This document shows, in pieces, positions 10,299 through 23,374 of a stretch of DNA of 64,000 bases. The translations under genes and the position numbers were made by a program. The DNA comes from Octopus sinensis (lineage: Eukaryota): the NCBI RefSeq assembly GCF_006345805.1, contig NC_043010.1, positions 36,952,001 through 37,016,000 on the forward strand, in the 5' to 3' direction. Every line of letters starts with the position of its first letter. Position 1 is the stretch's first letter. Under the pieces are notes generated by a model. It had not been told where the DNA came from and searched no databases. It worked only from the letters and a program-made list of their open reading frames with translations.

Positions 10299-11701
10299 TA
10301 AGGTATGTAGAAAAATACAACATGGACAAGAACGTATAACTCTTAGAAGACGACACAATAAACACGGACAGGACACTCGAAACCCTCAGTCTTCAGTCAA
10401 GAACCAGATCATCGTAGTAATTTCGGCTGATTAATCTTGAGATTACTAGATCACGGCCAGCCCTCCAAGAAAAACTAAGCAACGAGCATTAGAAAAACTA
10501 AGCTGGAAGTGTAGATTTCCTGGAAGAAGGATCGAATGCATACGAACACCAGGACAGCAAAAGGGACAGATATAAAAAAAAAAACAAAAAACAATAATGG
10601 AATACAGAAACATGAAATACAGAAGCATTAACGGTGAAAACAACAAGTGTCTTACGACTGATAACAAGCAAACAAATTTTTTCTCTGGCGCATTGGAAGA
10701 AGCCTTTATAGCGGCGGACGAAAAACAACGATGTTGACACGACGAGGGTCAGGAGCTGAAAGGCAGATTTCGGCCACAGTCACGTGACAGAGAAGAGGGA
10801 AAAGAAAAGAAAGAGAAGCAAAGGAAGAGAGAGAGAGAAGAGGGACAAACGCAACAAGAGAGAGAAGAGAGAGGAAGAAGGAATCAGAGAGGAGAAGGGA
10901 TGGGTGTCGAAGAATGACCTGTGAGTGCAGAGCGAGACAAAGAATAGGAGGGTAGTGGAAGACTAGACCAAAGAATCAGAGGAAAGAGAAGAGAAAAAGA
11001 GGATGAGTAGAGAGAAAAGAGAGAGAGGGGGACAGATCAAGTAAAAATGAGAGAGAGAGAGAGACAAACAGAGAGTCGTACCAATATTAAGAATATGTGC
11101 TCACATTAATGATAAGGGGGGTACGGGGCGCCTGGAATATATGTTAAGGTATGTAGAAAAATACAACATGGACAAGAACGTTAACTCTTAGAAGACGACA
11201 CAATAAACACGGACAGGACACTCGAAACCCTCAGTCTTCAGTCAAGAACCGGATCATCGTAGTAATTTCGGCTGATTAATCTTGAGATTACTAGATCACG
11301 GCCAGCCCTCCAAGAAAAACTAAGCAACGAGCATTAGAAAAACTAAGCTGGAAGCGTAGATTTCCTGGAAGAAGGATCGAATGCATACGAACACCAGGAC
11401 AGCAAAAGGGACAGATATAAAAAAAAAAAAAAAAAAACAATAATGGAATACAGAAACATGAAATACAGAAGCATTAACGGTGAAAACAACAAGTGTCTTA
11501 CGACTGATAACAAGCAAACAAATTTTTTCTCTGGCGCATTGGAAGAAGCCTTTATAGCGGCGGACGAAAAACAACGATGTTGACACGACGAGGGTCAGGA
11601 GCTGAAAGGCAGATTTCGGCCAACAGTCACGTGACAGAGAAGAGGGAAAAGAAAAGAAAGAGAAGCAAAGGAAGAGAGAGAGAGAAGAGGGACAAACGCA
11701 A
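10298..11701 (-). mobile_element. Partial-tandem (pseudo-LTR-like) retroelement, probably Penelope-associated and non-autonomous
   Basis: Near-identical direct repeats 10298-10854 and 11144-11701 around a 289-bp unique GA-rich segment; no TG..CA ends; flanked by (TA)n. Confidence 0.6.
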
Positions 11702-12419
11702 TACATATATATATATATAACAAGTTTGTTTCTGTTTCGTCTACCAAATCCACTCACAAGGCTTCAGTCAGCCTGTATTTATAGCAGAAGACACTTACAC
11801 AAGGTGTCATACAGTAGAACTGAACCCAGAACCATGTGGTTGAGAAGCAAGCTTCTTGCCGCACCACCAGGCCTGTGCCTATGTTCAGATTTTGTTGAAA
11901 ATTTCTACATGCATAGTTTTGCATGCCAGTTACGACAATCACAACCATTTTTTTTTTTTTTTTTGGAGAAACCAGCAATAAAAATGTTATGAACCTGGAA
12001 CCTTGTTGTTGAGAAGCAGACTTCTAACCACACAGCCACGCCTGAAAAATAAGAATAAATCAAAAATATATTTCAAATGATAAAGAAGAAAGAAAATCTT
12101 ATTTATCAAATTCTTTGAATTCATTTCTTAAATGTTGGTCATAAGGCAAAGAAATATTCCAACTTGATTTATTTTTACTACAAGAATATAAATGTTATTG
12201 TTGTTTGTAAACTCCATATGCATAATGTGACACTAAACACTTGGCTATCTCATTCTCCCATGGGATGCAACTCTGTGGAATTCCCTCCTTCTTCATTGTT
12301 CTTTACTGTAAACAAGAAATATATAAACCAAATATTTGATTATCTGAAACTCTGTAATTCACTATTCTGGAATGTCCTGCAATGGTCTCGAACATTGCAG
12401 CTCCTCCTCTAACTAACTA

Positions 12420-12765
12420 TATATCATCATCATTTAATGTCCGCTTTCTATGCTGGCATGAGTTGGACGGTTTGACTGAGGTCTGGAAAGCCAGTGGCTG
12501 CACCAGGCTCCAATCTGATCTGGCAATGTTTCTACAGCTGGATGCCCTTCCTAACGCCAACCACTCCAAGAGTGTAGTGGGTGCTTTTTATGTGTCACTG
12601 GCACAGGAGCCAGTATGGCAGTCCTGACATCGATCATGTTCGGATAGTGCTTTTTACATGTCACCGGCACAGGAGCCAGTCAGGGAACACTAGCATCAAG
12701 TATGTTCGGATGGTGCTTTTTACATGCCATTGGCATGGGAGCCAGTCAGGTGGACCTGGCATCAT
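12420..12765 (-). mobile_element. RTE-tail element with 3 x ~53-bp internal tandem repeat
   Basis: CATCATCATTTAATGTCCGC...CTTCCTAACGCCAACCACTCC followed by repeated GGCACAGGAGCCAGT..GTTCGGAT(A/G)GTGCTTTTTAC. Confidence 0.8.
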
Positions 12766-12767
12766 AC

Positions 12768-12799
<32 letters not shown>

Positions 12800-13624
12800 T
12801 ATATAAAAACACATATTTTAAAACCTGCCTAGATAATATCTTTTATGTATGAAACTGTTTTAACTCATAACTATATGCTGTGTACATTAAAGAATATATA
12901 TATATATATATTCATTTGCATGTTTCAGTCATTATGCTGCTGCCACACTGGCCCCTCCTTTGAGAATTTTAACCAAATGAATTAACTCCAGTGCTTTTTT
13001 TTTTTTTCTATTTTTAAGCTTGGTATTTATTCTGTCAGACTCTTTTGCTAAACTGCTAAGTTACAAGGTTGTTAACACACCAACACTGGTTGTTAAGTGG
13101 TGGTGGAAGACAACCAACATTGGTTTGTTCACATCCCTGTAACCTAGGAGTTCAGCAAACAGATATGAACAGAGTAAGTAAGTGCTAAGCTTTAAAAAGT
13201 AACTACTAAGGTCGATTCATTTGGTTGAAACCCTTCAAGGAAGTGCTCCCGCCTGGCTGCAGTCCAATGAATAGGAAGGACCCTGTCAGTTCTGGACATA
13301 GCGCATTGGACAAAATACATCATGTTGTTTCAGTTCATCTCTTTTACATTCTGAATTCAAATCCTACGCAGTTACTCATTACCAATCATTCTTCTGTGGT
13401 TACTAAAATGCACATCAGTCGAAATATTGTGGTTGGGAGAACTATGTTGATATAATTGACTCTGCTCTCAAAGGGGGTAGCTGTAAACTGTCATGGCCGC
13501 AGTCCAGTTTCAGAAACCCATAGTATGAGTACTTTTAATTTTTTTCTATTTCCAGTTTTATGTGATTTGAACAAACAAAACTGAAATTCAATGGTTCATA
13601 TATATATATACATATATATATATA

Positions 13625-13765
13625 TTAGGTTGTCCCAAAAGTTCGTAAACATTTGCGAAAATTGAATTTTTACTCGCCAAGTACTAACAAAAACAACAAA
13701 AATTATTCCTCAAAATAAAGACCATTATTTTCCAAGACTTTCTACGAACTTTTGGGACAACCTTA
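13625..13765. mobile_element. mariner-type MITE
   Basis: TA TSD; TIR TTAGGTTGTCCCAAAAGTTCGTA / TACGAACTTTTGGGACAACCTTA. Confidence 0.85.
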
Positions 13766-13833
13766 TACATACATACATACATACATACATACATACATAC
13801 ATACATACATACATACATACATACATACATACA

Positions 13834-13869
<36 letters not shown>

Positions 13870-13892
13870 TATGTGTGTGTGTATCTCTCATA

Positions 13893-13923
<31 letters not shown>

Positions 13924-14634
13924 TCATTTGCATGTTTCAGTCATTATGCTGCTGCCACACTGGCCCCTCCTTTGAGAATTTTAACCAATGAATTAACTCC
14001 AGTGCTTTTTTTTTTTTCTATTTTTAAGCTTGGTATTTATTCTGTCAGACTCTTTTGCTAAACTGCTAAGTTACAAGGTTGTTAACACACCAACACTGGT
14101 TGTTAAGTGGTGGTGGAAGACAACCAACATTGGTTTGTTCACATCCCTGTAACCTAGGAGTTCAGCAAACAGATATGAACAGAGTAAGTAAGTGCTAAGC
14201 TTTAAAAAGTAACTACTAAGGTCGATTCATTTGGTTGAAACCCTTCAAGGAAGTGCTCCCGCCTGGCTGCAGTCCAATGAATAGGAAGGACCCTGTCAGT
14301 TCTGGACATAGCGCATTGGACAAAATACATCATGTTGTTTCAGTTCATCTCTTTTACATTCTGAATTCAAATCCTACGCAGTTACTCATTACCAATCATT
14401 CTTCTGTGGTTACTAAAATGCACATCAGTCGAAATATTGTGGTTGGGAGAACTATGTTGATATAATTGACTCTGCTCTCAAAGGGGGTAGCTGTAAACTG
14501 TCATGGCCGCAGTCCAGTTTCAGAAACCCATAGTATGAGTACTTTTAATTTTTTTCTATTTCCAGTTTTATGTGATTTGAACAAACAAAACTGAAATTCA
14601 ATGGTTCATATATATATATACATATATATATATA

Positions 14635-14775
14635 TTAGGTTGTCCCAAAAGTTCGTAAACATTTGCGAAAATTGAATTTTTACTCGCCAAGTACTAACAA
14701 AAACAACAAAAATTATTCCTCAAAATAAAGACCATTATTTTCCAAGACTTTCTACGAACTTTTGGGACAACCTTA
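14635..14775. mobile_element. mariner-type MITE (duplicate copy)
   Basis: Same sequence as 13625-13765, inside the tandem duplication. Confidence 0.85.
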
Positions 14776-14839
14776 TACATACATACATACATACATACAT
14801 ACATACATACATACATACATACATACATACATACATACA

Positions 14840-14875
<36 letters not shown>

Positions 14876-16099
14876 TATGTGTGTGTGTGTATCTCTCATA
14901 TGTGTGTGTATATATATATATATATATATGAGAGATACAAACACACACACTCATGTATTAAATTGAAGAGTCTTTGATCGCATATGTCTACTGGATTAAG
15001 ATATGCTCTCCGCCTAAGCCAAAAACATAACCAAATCTATACCTCTCTTGTAGCTGCTGTTGTATTGAAGAAGAAAATCTCAGTTGTTGCCAACAAACCC
15101 GGCAATATGTTGTTATTGCTGGTGTTTAGCCCAAGCCAGCCTTGACTAAGCAGATCAGAGAGGTTCCAGCTATAGCCTACTCATGTTTTCTTTTGTTCCC
15201 CCACCCCAATAATTATAGCCCTACATTAATTGTGTTTGTAGGATGTGATGGTGGGGATTGGTTTGACTGCTGTTATTTATGACAGGTTAAACCACCAATA
15301 TAGAGCAATTTATTTTTTTTCTGAGCTTCTGACTTGCCCCCCCCCCCCCCCCGGCTTGTACCCTAGTCTCTAGATCACAAGCATCAGTCGCAGTATTATT
15401 CTTAACTAGGTTACCTCAGTTACATAATACATTCCATAAAGCTCTCTTGAATATGGTTAGTGTTATTTTGGTTACTTAAAGCATATAATTACATATAAAG
15501 TAATGCAATCAGAATTCTCTAATTAGCAATACGTAAGATTATGTGGGGAAATAATTGTGACTATATTGTTATACAAAAGGACTATTGTATTTTCTGCATT
15601 GGAATGAGGACATTTATTTATCTCTATATATGTTTGCAAATTTGTTTGTTTTCCCATGCTAACATGGGTTGGATAAATATACTATTGGGGCATTGTTTTA
15701 ATAGCTGGATGTCTTGCCTGTCACTAAACCTTTACCTGTTTTTCAAGTAAGGGACCACTGATTTCACACACCTTCAAAGATGTGAAAGAAGCGGACAGTG
15801 CCAATAAAAATACCTTTTGTTGCAACCTTTGTAGAGTGCAGATATAAACAACCACACAACACACAAACACACACACATTCAGATACACATGCATATACAG
15901 ACATTCACAACATACCGGCATGTACACAGATACACATGAATATACAGACTCTCACGGCAAACACATACACGCACAAACAAAAGGCTTCACAGACCTCTTT
16001 CTGTTTCCACCTACCAAATTCACTCACACGGTATTGGTCAGACATGGTGTGTATAAAGAAGGCTCTTGAGTAAAGAAGGGTCAAGTGATCCAAGAGAAT

Positions 16100-16310
16100 G
16101 GAAACCTAGTTCCATCCACTTGGAACACTCACAGAAGAGGAACACCAAAGAAGACAGGAAAGGAAGTGATCAAAGTTGATCTTCATAGTTCAAATCTCAC
16201 AGAGGAAATGACAAGGGCTCACAGCATCACATCAAGTGGTGGCTTATTGTACTAGAAAAGGCCCATCCAGTTTGTGATAGTATGGAAAAATAGGCCTAAA
16301 ATGGTAGCTG
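16100..16310 (+). pseudogene. RTE-LINE ORF terminus relic
   Basis: RRGTPKKTGKEVIKVDLHSSNLTEEMTR resembles RRGRPRKTWDEVIKADLQTLNLTEEMTRDR. Confidence 0.55.
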
Positions 16311-16659
16311 GTCTATCTGTGCTTACATATCTTTCATCCAAGCATATCAGTAAAAGATGTGCCATAGTGAGATAACCAAATACCAAAGCACTCTTTGGTA
16401 TTTAGAACAAATGCCAAACTGTGCTTTGGTATTTGTTCTATCTTAACTGCACAGACAATTCCTTGTGATTCTTGCCACCAGAAATGCAGTGAACCAGTGA
16501 TTGACCTAATGAAAACCTATAACCAATGTTGTTATTGCTCACCAAATGTGATGTATAATTTTTAAAAAATAAAACGAAATGTGTCTACAGAGTGACAAAC
16601 ATTTCAGCAGTAATTAGGTTTATTCTCCTCTCCACTCTTTCTCTCTGTCTTGTATCATA

Positions 16660-17030
16660 CCTACAGGTATTTGTGATCAAGAACTGCCATGCCTCCTGTC
16701 CTATACACAACTTGTCATATCACTGAGGCAGCCTTTCTAAAGCCAGCTGATAACCCTGTGAATATCTTCTCTCACTGTCTTCCCTGGCTTCTTCCTTTCA
16801 GTTTCTTGTTTGTCACCTTGTGCTCAAGGCTTCTTTCTATACAGTGTCCAATCAAATGAGCTTGTTGTCTTTTTATGTGATCGAGAAGCTTTCTCATGGC
16901 TCTTGTGTGTCTAAAGACTTTGATATTTGTCACTCCATCTGCATAGGACAAGAGCATCCTTCTAAGGAATTGTATTTCTGCAGCATTGATGAACTTTTGC
17001 ACTTGTTGATGTTCCAGATTACAGAACCTT
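16660..17030 (-). pseudogene. RTE-clade LINE C-terminal relic
   Basis: ORF 16772-17002 INAAEIQFLRRML..VTNIKVF..KRQQAHLIGHCIERSLEHKVTNKKLKGRSQGRQ has the typical post-RT RTE motifs (AxEMxFLRRML, GH, GxRxRGRQ). Confidence 0.75.
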
Positions 17031-17083
17031 ATGTAAGGGTGGGTTGTACGTATGCCCCTAGGACTTTTTTCCTTACTCTAGAT

Positions 17084-17318
17084 CAGTGATTTTCAAATAG
17101 AGGCCATATAAGATTTTTTTGTTAAAATTTATCTACAATAAATTGTTTATACTTCTACAATACACAGTGTTTTAACAATTATTTTTATACAATTCCTAAT
17201 AATATTTAATTATAAAAATATAATAAGACTGCTTTAAACATCAAATGGCTATGGGAATCCAGTTGAGTAAAATAGTAATCAAACGGATCCATAAGCAAAG
17301 AAAGGTTGCAAACCACTG
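17084..17318. mobile_element. old hAT-type MITE
   Basis: CAGTGATTTTCAAA ... TTGCAAACCACTG termini; TSD decayed; related to 20439-20985 and 62318. Confidence 0.55.
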
Positions 17319-18020
17319 CTTCAAATGGTAACCATTTATTTGACAATTTATGTTTGATTGAATTTGATCCCTCCTGGCTCTAAGTTTCATTCACATCTGT
17401 CATCATTTCAATTTTATTATAGTTTGAAAGCTAAGATATTACCATGGTTTGAACGTTTGATAGAAACGAAAGAGCTTAAGGTTAAATGTTCTGCTGTATT
17501 TAATCTTATTTATCCTTCTACATCTCTCTTCCTGTCCTGCTGTGGCAGGGGTAGATATACCATGTTCTTCATTCCTCTGGAGTTGATAAACCATAACCCT
17601 GTCATGTCCTGGTGTTGATTCCATTAATTATCTTCTTTTCCTTATTAAAATTATCCTTGTGCCTCAATAAGAAACCAATATTGTTATATAACCAATGAGG
17701 AAGTATGATAGAAGGACCACGAAAACTCCTTTGAATCACTTAATACTGCCTCAAAGACAAATTAGATAAGGCTACACAAATTTTATATGGCCCGTGATAC
17801 ACTGTTTGAAAAAAAATTACTGTGTAATATGACTTGGATGCATTTTAATCATGTTGGTGGGGGTAGGAACAGCTGTGTGGTTTAGAAATTCATTTTGCAG
17901 CCAGCTGATTCTAGATTCAGTCCTACTTTGCACTGCACCTTAGACAATTGTGCTCTATTCTAATCTCATGTGTTCTATAAATGAAATTTTGGTCAAGGAG
18001 CTGTTTGTATATAAATATAT

Positions 18021-18349
18021 ATGAGAGCTCAAAATCTCTCGTGGAAGCGCCATCCAACCAAAATGCAAATATATGGGAGACTACCACCTGTGTCATCTCT
18101 TGTGAAAGGTAGGAGAGTCCAGTTTGCTGGACATTGTTGTAGAGCTGAAAAAGAAGTAATTTCTACTCTTCTCCTCTGGAAGCCATCTACTCGCAATACC
18201 AGAGGGCGCACACTCTCCTACCCTGATGTAATCTCTAGGGATACAGGCATCCAGCAACAGGACCTCCGTAATGCTATGATGGACCGTGAAGTCTGGCGTA
18301 ACATAGTAAATTCCATTGTCTCGACCACGGTCGAACAATGATGATGATG
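18021..18349 (+). mobile_element. young 5'-truncated RTE-clade LINE insertion
   Basis: Uninterrupted frame LSWKRHPTKMQIYGRLPPVSSLVKGRRVQFAGHC...LLWKP..RGRTLSYPDVISRDTG...MMDREVWR; (TGA)n tail; 12-bp TSD ATATAAATATAT at 18009-18020 and 18350-18361. Confidence 0.9.
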
Positions 18350-18656
18350 ATATAAATATATGCATATAGGATATATTTATATACAAGCCAGTGGTTGTCC
18401 AGCACCAAGGAAGAGAAACAACCCAGAAACCATTGGTCTGCTGGTACTGCCAGTGGCTAGAAGGGAACAGTGAGCCCCCTTGCTTTCAGTATGTCTAGGA
18501 AAAGATGTTTTCCTGGGGTTAAAAAGTAGTAACATACTCATTGTCAGGACTGTCATGTTATGTTGGCCAATAAACTTTACTATATGCGTATATGTTTCTC
18601 TAAAGTATATCAGCAAATGATGTAAATAGTTGCAAGATAACCAGAAAACCAATGCT

Positions 18657-18859
18657 TATTTCTTTAATACCCACAAGGGGCTAAACACAGAGGGTACGAA
18701 CAAGGACAGACAAACGGATTAAGTCGATTATATTGACCCCAGTGCGTAACTGGTACTTATTTAATCAACCCCAAAAGGATGAAAGGCAAAGTCGACCTCG
18801 GCAGAATTTGAACTCAGAACGTAGCGGCAGACGAAATACCGCTAAGCATTTCGCCAGGC
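18657..18859 (-). mobile_element. SINE family B, 5' truncated, 21-bp TSD
   Basis: GATAACCAGAAAACCAATGCT at 18636-18656 and 18860-18880 flanks the element. Confidence 0.9.
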
Positions 18860-19216
18860 GATAACCAGAAAACCAATGCTATCAAATAAAGTTACATGTG
18901 TTGTTCTGTCTGAGTTTCGCAGGCAATTTCTTGTCATCTCTCCTAATGGAAGAACTCTTAACAATAACACTATTTGTCCACCAAATGATATATAATATAA
19001 AATGAATAAATATGTAAGCCTGCTGGATCAGCATTGATGTAGAGCTAAACATCATCATCAGCAGCAACACCACCAACAAGGTTACCTCTTCATTTAAGAT
19101 GGCTGTGTGTAATTTGAGAAACATTTGACTGTGATTACTAGCATGTTGAGCATGCCATGAAGAAGCATCTTTGTTGGTAGTATTGTTGATCGTGATAATG
19201 AGAATATATATATATA

Positions 19217-19577
19217 GGTGCAGGTGTAGCTGTGATAATCACATGGTTCCGGGTTCAGTCCCACTGTGTGGCACCTTGGGCAAGTGTCTCCTACTATAAG
19301 CCTCAGGCTGACCAAAGCCTTGTGAGTGAATTTGGTGGTGGACAGAACCTGGAAGAAGCCCGTCATATATATATATATTTGTGTGTGTCTGTGTTTGTCC
19401 TCCTGCCATCACTTGACAACTGATTTATGTCCCTGTAACTTAGTGGTTCAATAAAAGAGACTGATAGAATAAGTACTAAGCTTACAAAGAATTGGTCCTG
19501 AGGTCCATTTCTTTGACTAATACCCTTTAAGGTGGTGCTCCAGCATAGCTGTAGTCAAATGACTGAAACAAATAATA
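19217..19577 (+). mobile_element. SINE family A
   Basis: Head and tail motifs present. Confidence 0.85.
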
Positions 19578-19614
19578 AAAAATGAATGTGAATATGCATT
19601 TGTTTATGTGTGTA

Positions 19615-19815
19615 TGTGCTTTCTACGTGGAACTGACATGGGTGCTTTCTACCTGGCAACGACGTGGGTGCTTTGTACATGGCACCAAAGTGGGTGCATT
19701 CTACGTGGTACCAATGCGGGAGCATTCTACATGATACCAATGGAAGGTGCATTCTACATGGCACAGGTACTTTTTATGTGACACCAACATGGATGTTTTT
19801 ACGTAACACCAGCAC
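19615..19815 (-). repeat. degenerate ~26-bp minisatellite (RTE-tail derived)
   Basis: Repeated ATGGG(T/C)GC(T/A)TT(C/T)TAC(G/A)TGG; reverse of the 26350-27370 unit. Confidence 0.7.
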
Positions 19816-20110
19816 ATACACACACTGGATCATGTAGTTGTAGATTTCTAGATACATTGTATCTGAAAAAAAATTTAAATTGGTGTGGTCATACATTAGA
19901 ATGTTTTTCCTCTTAAGATGTCTTGATAAGAGCTGAGCTAGAGCTAAACAGTGACAACATTCAATATCTTCTTATCTATCAGGATAGTGACTCAGCAGAA
20001 AGAACAACAAACCTTTACTAAATAAACACCTTTTGTCTTTTTACTTTGTGACTTCATATCCTACAGATATTGACCTCAGATTCTTAAGGAATCTTGTTTA
20101 TTTTTCGTCT

Positions 20111-20141
<31 letters not shown>

Positions 20142-20438
20142 CTCTTTTACCAACATTCAGTCATTGAACTACCTCCATCCTAGGGCAAATCAAGGTTGGA
20201 GCCTGGTGCAACCATCTGGTTTGCCAGTCCTCAGTCAAATCATCCAACCCATGCTAGCATGGAGAGCAGACATTAAACGATGATGATGATGATGATTGCA
20301 CTTGTTTGTGGACTAAATATTTTAAAGAGGTTTGTGTCAATCACTAGGTCCCAGGTTCAATCCCATTGTGTGACATATTTAGCGCTAAATGCCTTTTTTA
20401 CTTTAGCCTCAAGTCAACTCAAATTCATGGATTTAATT

Positions 20439-20985
20439 CACTGGTTCTCTACTGGAGCTCATATAACCCCTGGGGGCCCATATAAGCAAAATAGTTAATT
20501 GGAGGTCTACAGTAGTATTTTAGGAGTCGGTGAAAAAAATTTTGTTTTAGGAGTATTTATTACAAGAAACGGCTCAGTTTCTCTCTGCAATGTTTTCTGT
20601 AGTTCAACCTACACAAGTTAATGTGTGGAGCACAAAGTAGAAATTTTGAAAGGAGTATCTATAAAACTAGTTTTTAACCCTTTAGCATTTAAACCGGCCA
20701 TATCCTGCCAAAAGTATTCTGCCTGTTTTATGTTCAAACTGGCCAGATCTGGTCTCTCATACTTATCCTGTAGTATCATTCTAAAAATAGACAATTACAT
20801 CATTGAAATCTCAAATCTACAAGATGAAGCATGATTAATTCAAAACAAAGTGGATGAAAAAGCATTAATTTTGGTAGAATAATGCAAACATTAAAGGGTT
20901 AAACATCACAGAGCTGTGGAGGTCCATCAAAATAGAGGAGTAATCAAAGAGGTGCATAGATAAGAAAAATGGTTGAGAACCACTG
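20439..20985. mobile_element. hAT-type MITE with nested piggyBac MITE
   Basis: CACTGGTTCTCTAC ... GGTTGAGAACCACTG termini enclosing 20674-20902. Confidence 0.65.
20674..20902 (+). mobile_element. piggyBac-type MITE (P1), complete
   Basis: TTAA-CCCTTTA...TAAAGGG-TTAA termini. Confidence 0.9.
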
Positions 20986-21039
20986 GTTCACTTCATCGTG
21001 TAGGTACCAGTACTTATTTTTATATATGGTGCATTCTTA

Positions 21040-21262
21040 CTGATCCATGTTTGTGTATCCGTGTTTGTCTCTCCAACATCGCTTGACAACCGATGCTGGT
21101 GTGTTTACGTCCCCGTAACTTAGTGGTTCGGCAAAAGAGACCGATAGAATAAGTACTGGGCTTACAAAGAATAAGTCCTGGGGTTGATTTGCTTGACTAA
21201 AAGGCGGTGCTCCAGCATGGCCGCAGTCAAATGACTGAAACAAGTAATAGAGTAAAAGAGAG
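21040..21262 (+). mobile_element. SINE family A, 3' half
   Basis: Low-divergence 3' arm. Confidence 0.85.
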
Positions 21263-21974
21263 TATTTCAAATATTCCTCTATGTGCACCCTGCATGCTTT
21301 TCTCTCTCTCTCTCTGTCTAATTTTCACTGTAACATAAGTGTAATTATGTCCAACTCTCTCCTTGTATGGAACAAATTAGGTAAAAGATATTTTTTTCTT
21401 ATTTTTGTAAGAAGATAATAGCTGTCAACAGTTTTTTTTTTACTGACCTTATTTATATATTTATCTACCTTATATATTTATTTTTTTGCATGTATATATA
21501 TAAGGATATATATATATATAATCATAGGGTAGAAATGAGAAGAAAGAGAATAGAAAATGTTATAAATATTTTCTTGTCTCATCTACAGGAAGTTAGAGGA
21601 AATCTGAGACATATAACAGTTAGATAGATAGGAAGAGGAGGGGTTGGGGCATTGTTTTATTGCATTTTCATCTCAGTAACTTTCTTTGCTCTTCAAACTT
21701 TATAAACCATCATCTCTATTTTGTTTCTCTTTTCAATATATTTTTCATTCAATGCAGGCAGGTAATAAGCAGCTGCTTCCATTGCATTGGGATGGGTTGG
21801 TTGTGGAAGTATAGCTCAGAGCATATATATATATATATATATATATTCTTTTATTCTTTTACTTGTTTCAGTCATTTGACTGTGGCCATGCTGGAGCACC
21901 GTCTTTAGCTAAGCATTTTGACCCCAGGATTTATTCTTTATAAGCCTAGTACTTATTCTATCGGTCTGTTTTGC

Positions 21975-22032
21975 CACACACAAACATATACATACATACA
22001 TATATATATATATTATATATATATATATATAT

Positions 22033-22067
<35 letters not shown>

Positions 22068-22070
22068 ATA

Positions 22071-22154
<84 letters not shown>

Positions 22155-22200
22155 TATATATACACACATGTGTGTGTGTGTATATATGTATATATACTCT
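21975..22200. repeat. compound (TA)n/(ATAC)n/(CA)n microsatellite
   Basis: Directly visible; explains ORFs 21909-22390. Confidence 0.95.
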
Positions 22201-22404
22201 TTTACTTGTTTCAGTCACTTGGCTGTGGCCATGCTGGAGCACCGCCTTTAGACGAGCAAATCGAAGCGAGGACTTATTTTCTGTAAGCCTAGTACTTATT
22301 CTATCGGAGTCTTTTGCCGAACTGCTATGTTACAGGGACGTAAACAGACCAGCATTGGTTGTCAAGCAATGTTGGGGGAGACAAAAATGAATACACAAAT
22401 GTAT

Positions 22405-22461
<57 letters not shown>

Positions 22462-22674
22462 AACAACAGGCTTCTTTCAGTTTTCGTATATATATATATA
22501 TATATATATACACGATGGGCTTTTTTCAGTTTCTGTCTACCAAGTCCACTCACAAGGTTTAGGTCAGCCTGAGGCTATAGTAGAAGATACTTGCCCGAGG
22601 TGCCACACAGTGGAACTGAACCCAGAACTATGTGGTTTGTAAGCTAGCTACTTACCACACAGCCACTCCTGCAC
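22194..22674 (-). mobile_element. SINE family A
   Basis: Full element with expanded, partly duplicated central spacer. Confidence 0.85.
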
Positions 22675-23039
22675 CTAAATTATATACATGCTCACACATA
22701 TATTACCTATTACCATTCAAGCATCCACTTTTCCATGCTTGCATAGGTCAGACAACTCACTGGGGCAGATTTTTTCTGCTTGAATACCTTTCCTGTCACC
22801 AACCCTCACCTATTTCCAATAAGGTAATATTTCCCTGTGACCAGACATGTTTTCAAAACAGATTACCACCAAATGATATCATTTGTATAACAGTGGTCCT
22901 CGTTTACAATTATCACACGACTTCAAGACAAGGAGACACACATGCACACATACTTCTGTTTCCGGCTACCAATTCAGCACACATGGCTTTAATCAATATG
23001 CAGTGGGACTGAACAGGAAATCACCCCACTTCCACCCTC

Positions 23040-23374
23040 CGCCGAGTGGCTAAATGGCGTTCGTGCCAGAGTGGCTAACTGGCACATAAGAAGCACCATT
23101 CGAGCGTGATCGTTACCAGCGTCGCCTTACTGGCACTTTTGCCGGTGTGCAGCTGACACGTAAAAAAAAAACGCGATTTTTCCATGACCGTTGCCAGTGG
23201 CACGTAAAAGCACCCACTACATTCTCAGAGTGGTTGGCATTAGGAAGGGCATCCAGCTGTAGAAACTCTGCCAAATCAAGGTTGGAGCCTGGTGCAGCCA
23301 TCTGGTTCACCAGTCTTCAGTCAAATCATCCAACCCATGCTACTATGGAAAGCGGACATTAAACGATGATGATG
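23040..23374 (+). mobile_element. RTE-tail non-autonomous element
   Basis: GGCACGTAAAAGCACCCACTAC...TTAGGAAGGGCATCCAGCTGTAGAAACTCTGCC...GGACATTAAACGATGATGATG. Confidence 0.8.

Larger units (their letters stand above)
9838..11880 (-). mobile_element. SINE family A carrying two nested insertions
   Basis: 3' arm at 9838-10260 (split by a hAT MITE) and head arm at 11720-11880, separated by the 1.4-kb partial-tandem element. Confidence 0.75.
12894..14929. repeat. ~1010-bp near-perfect tandem duplication
   Basis: Identical ORFs at 13225/14235 and 13752/14762 (offset 1010); differences seen only in homopolymer and microsatellite lengths. Confidence 0.95.

Noticed and set aside
10360-10440. Hammerhead in the partial-tandem element (- strand CCGAAA...CTGAAGA)
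   Set aside because: The motif order would need a type II topology, but stem II is out of register and stems I and III do not pair convincingly.
21909-22572. Long ORFs rich in Y/I/H/T/C/V
   Set aside because: Translations of (TA)n, (CA)n and (ATAC)n microsatellites; the same applies at 13752-14977, 46818-47333, 52888-53368 and 54888-55118.
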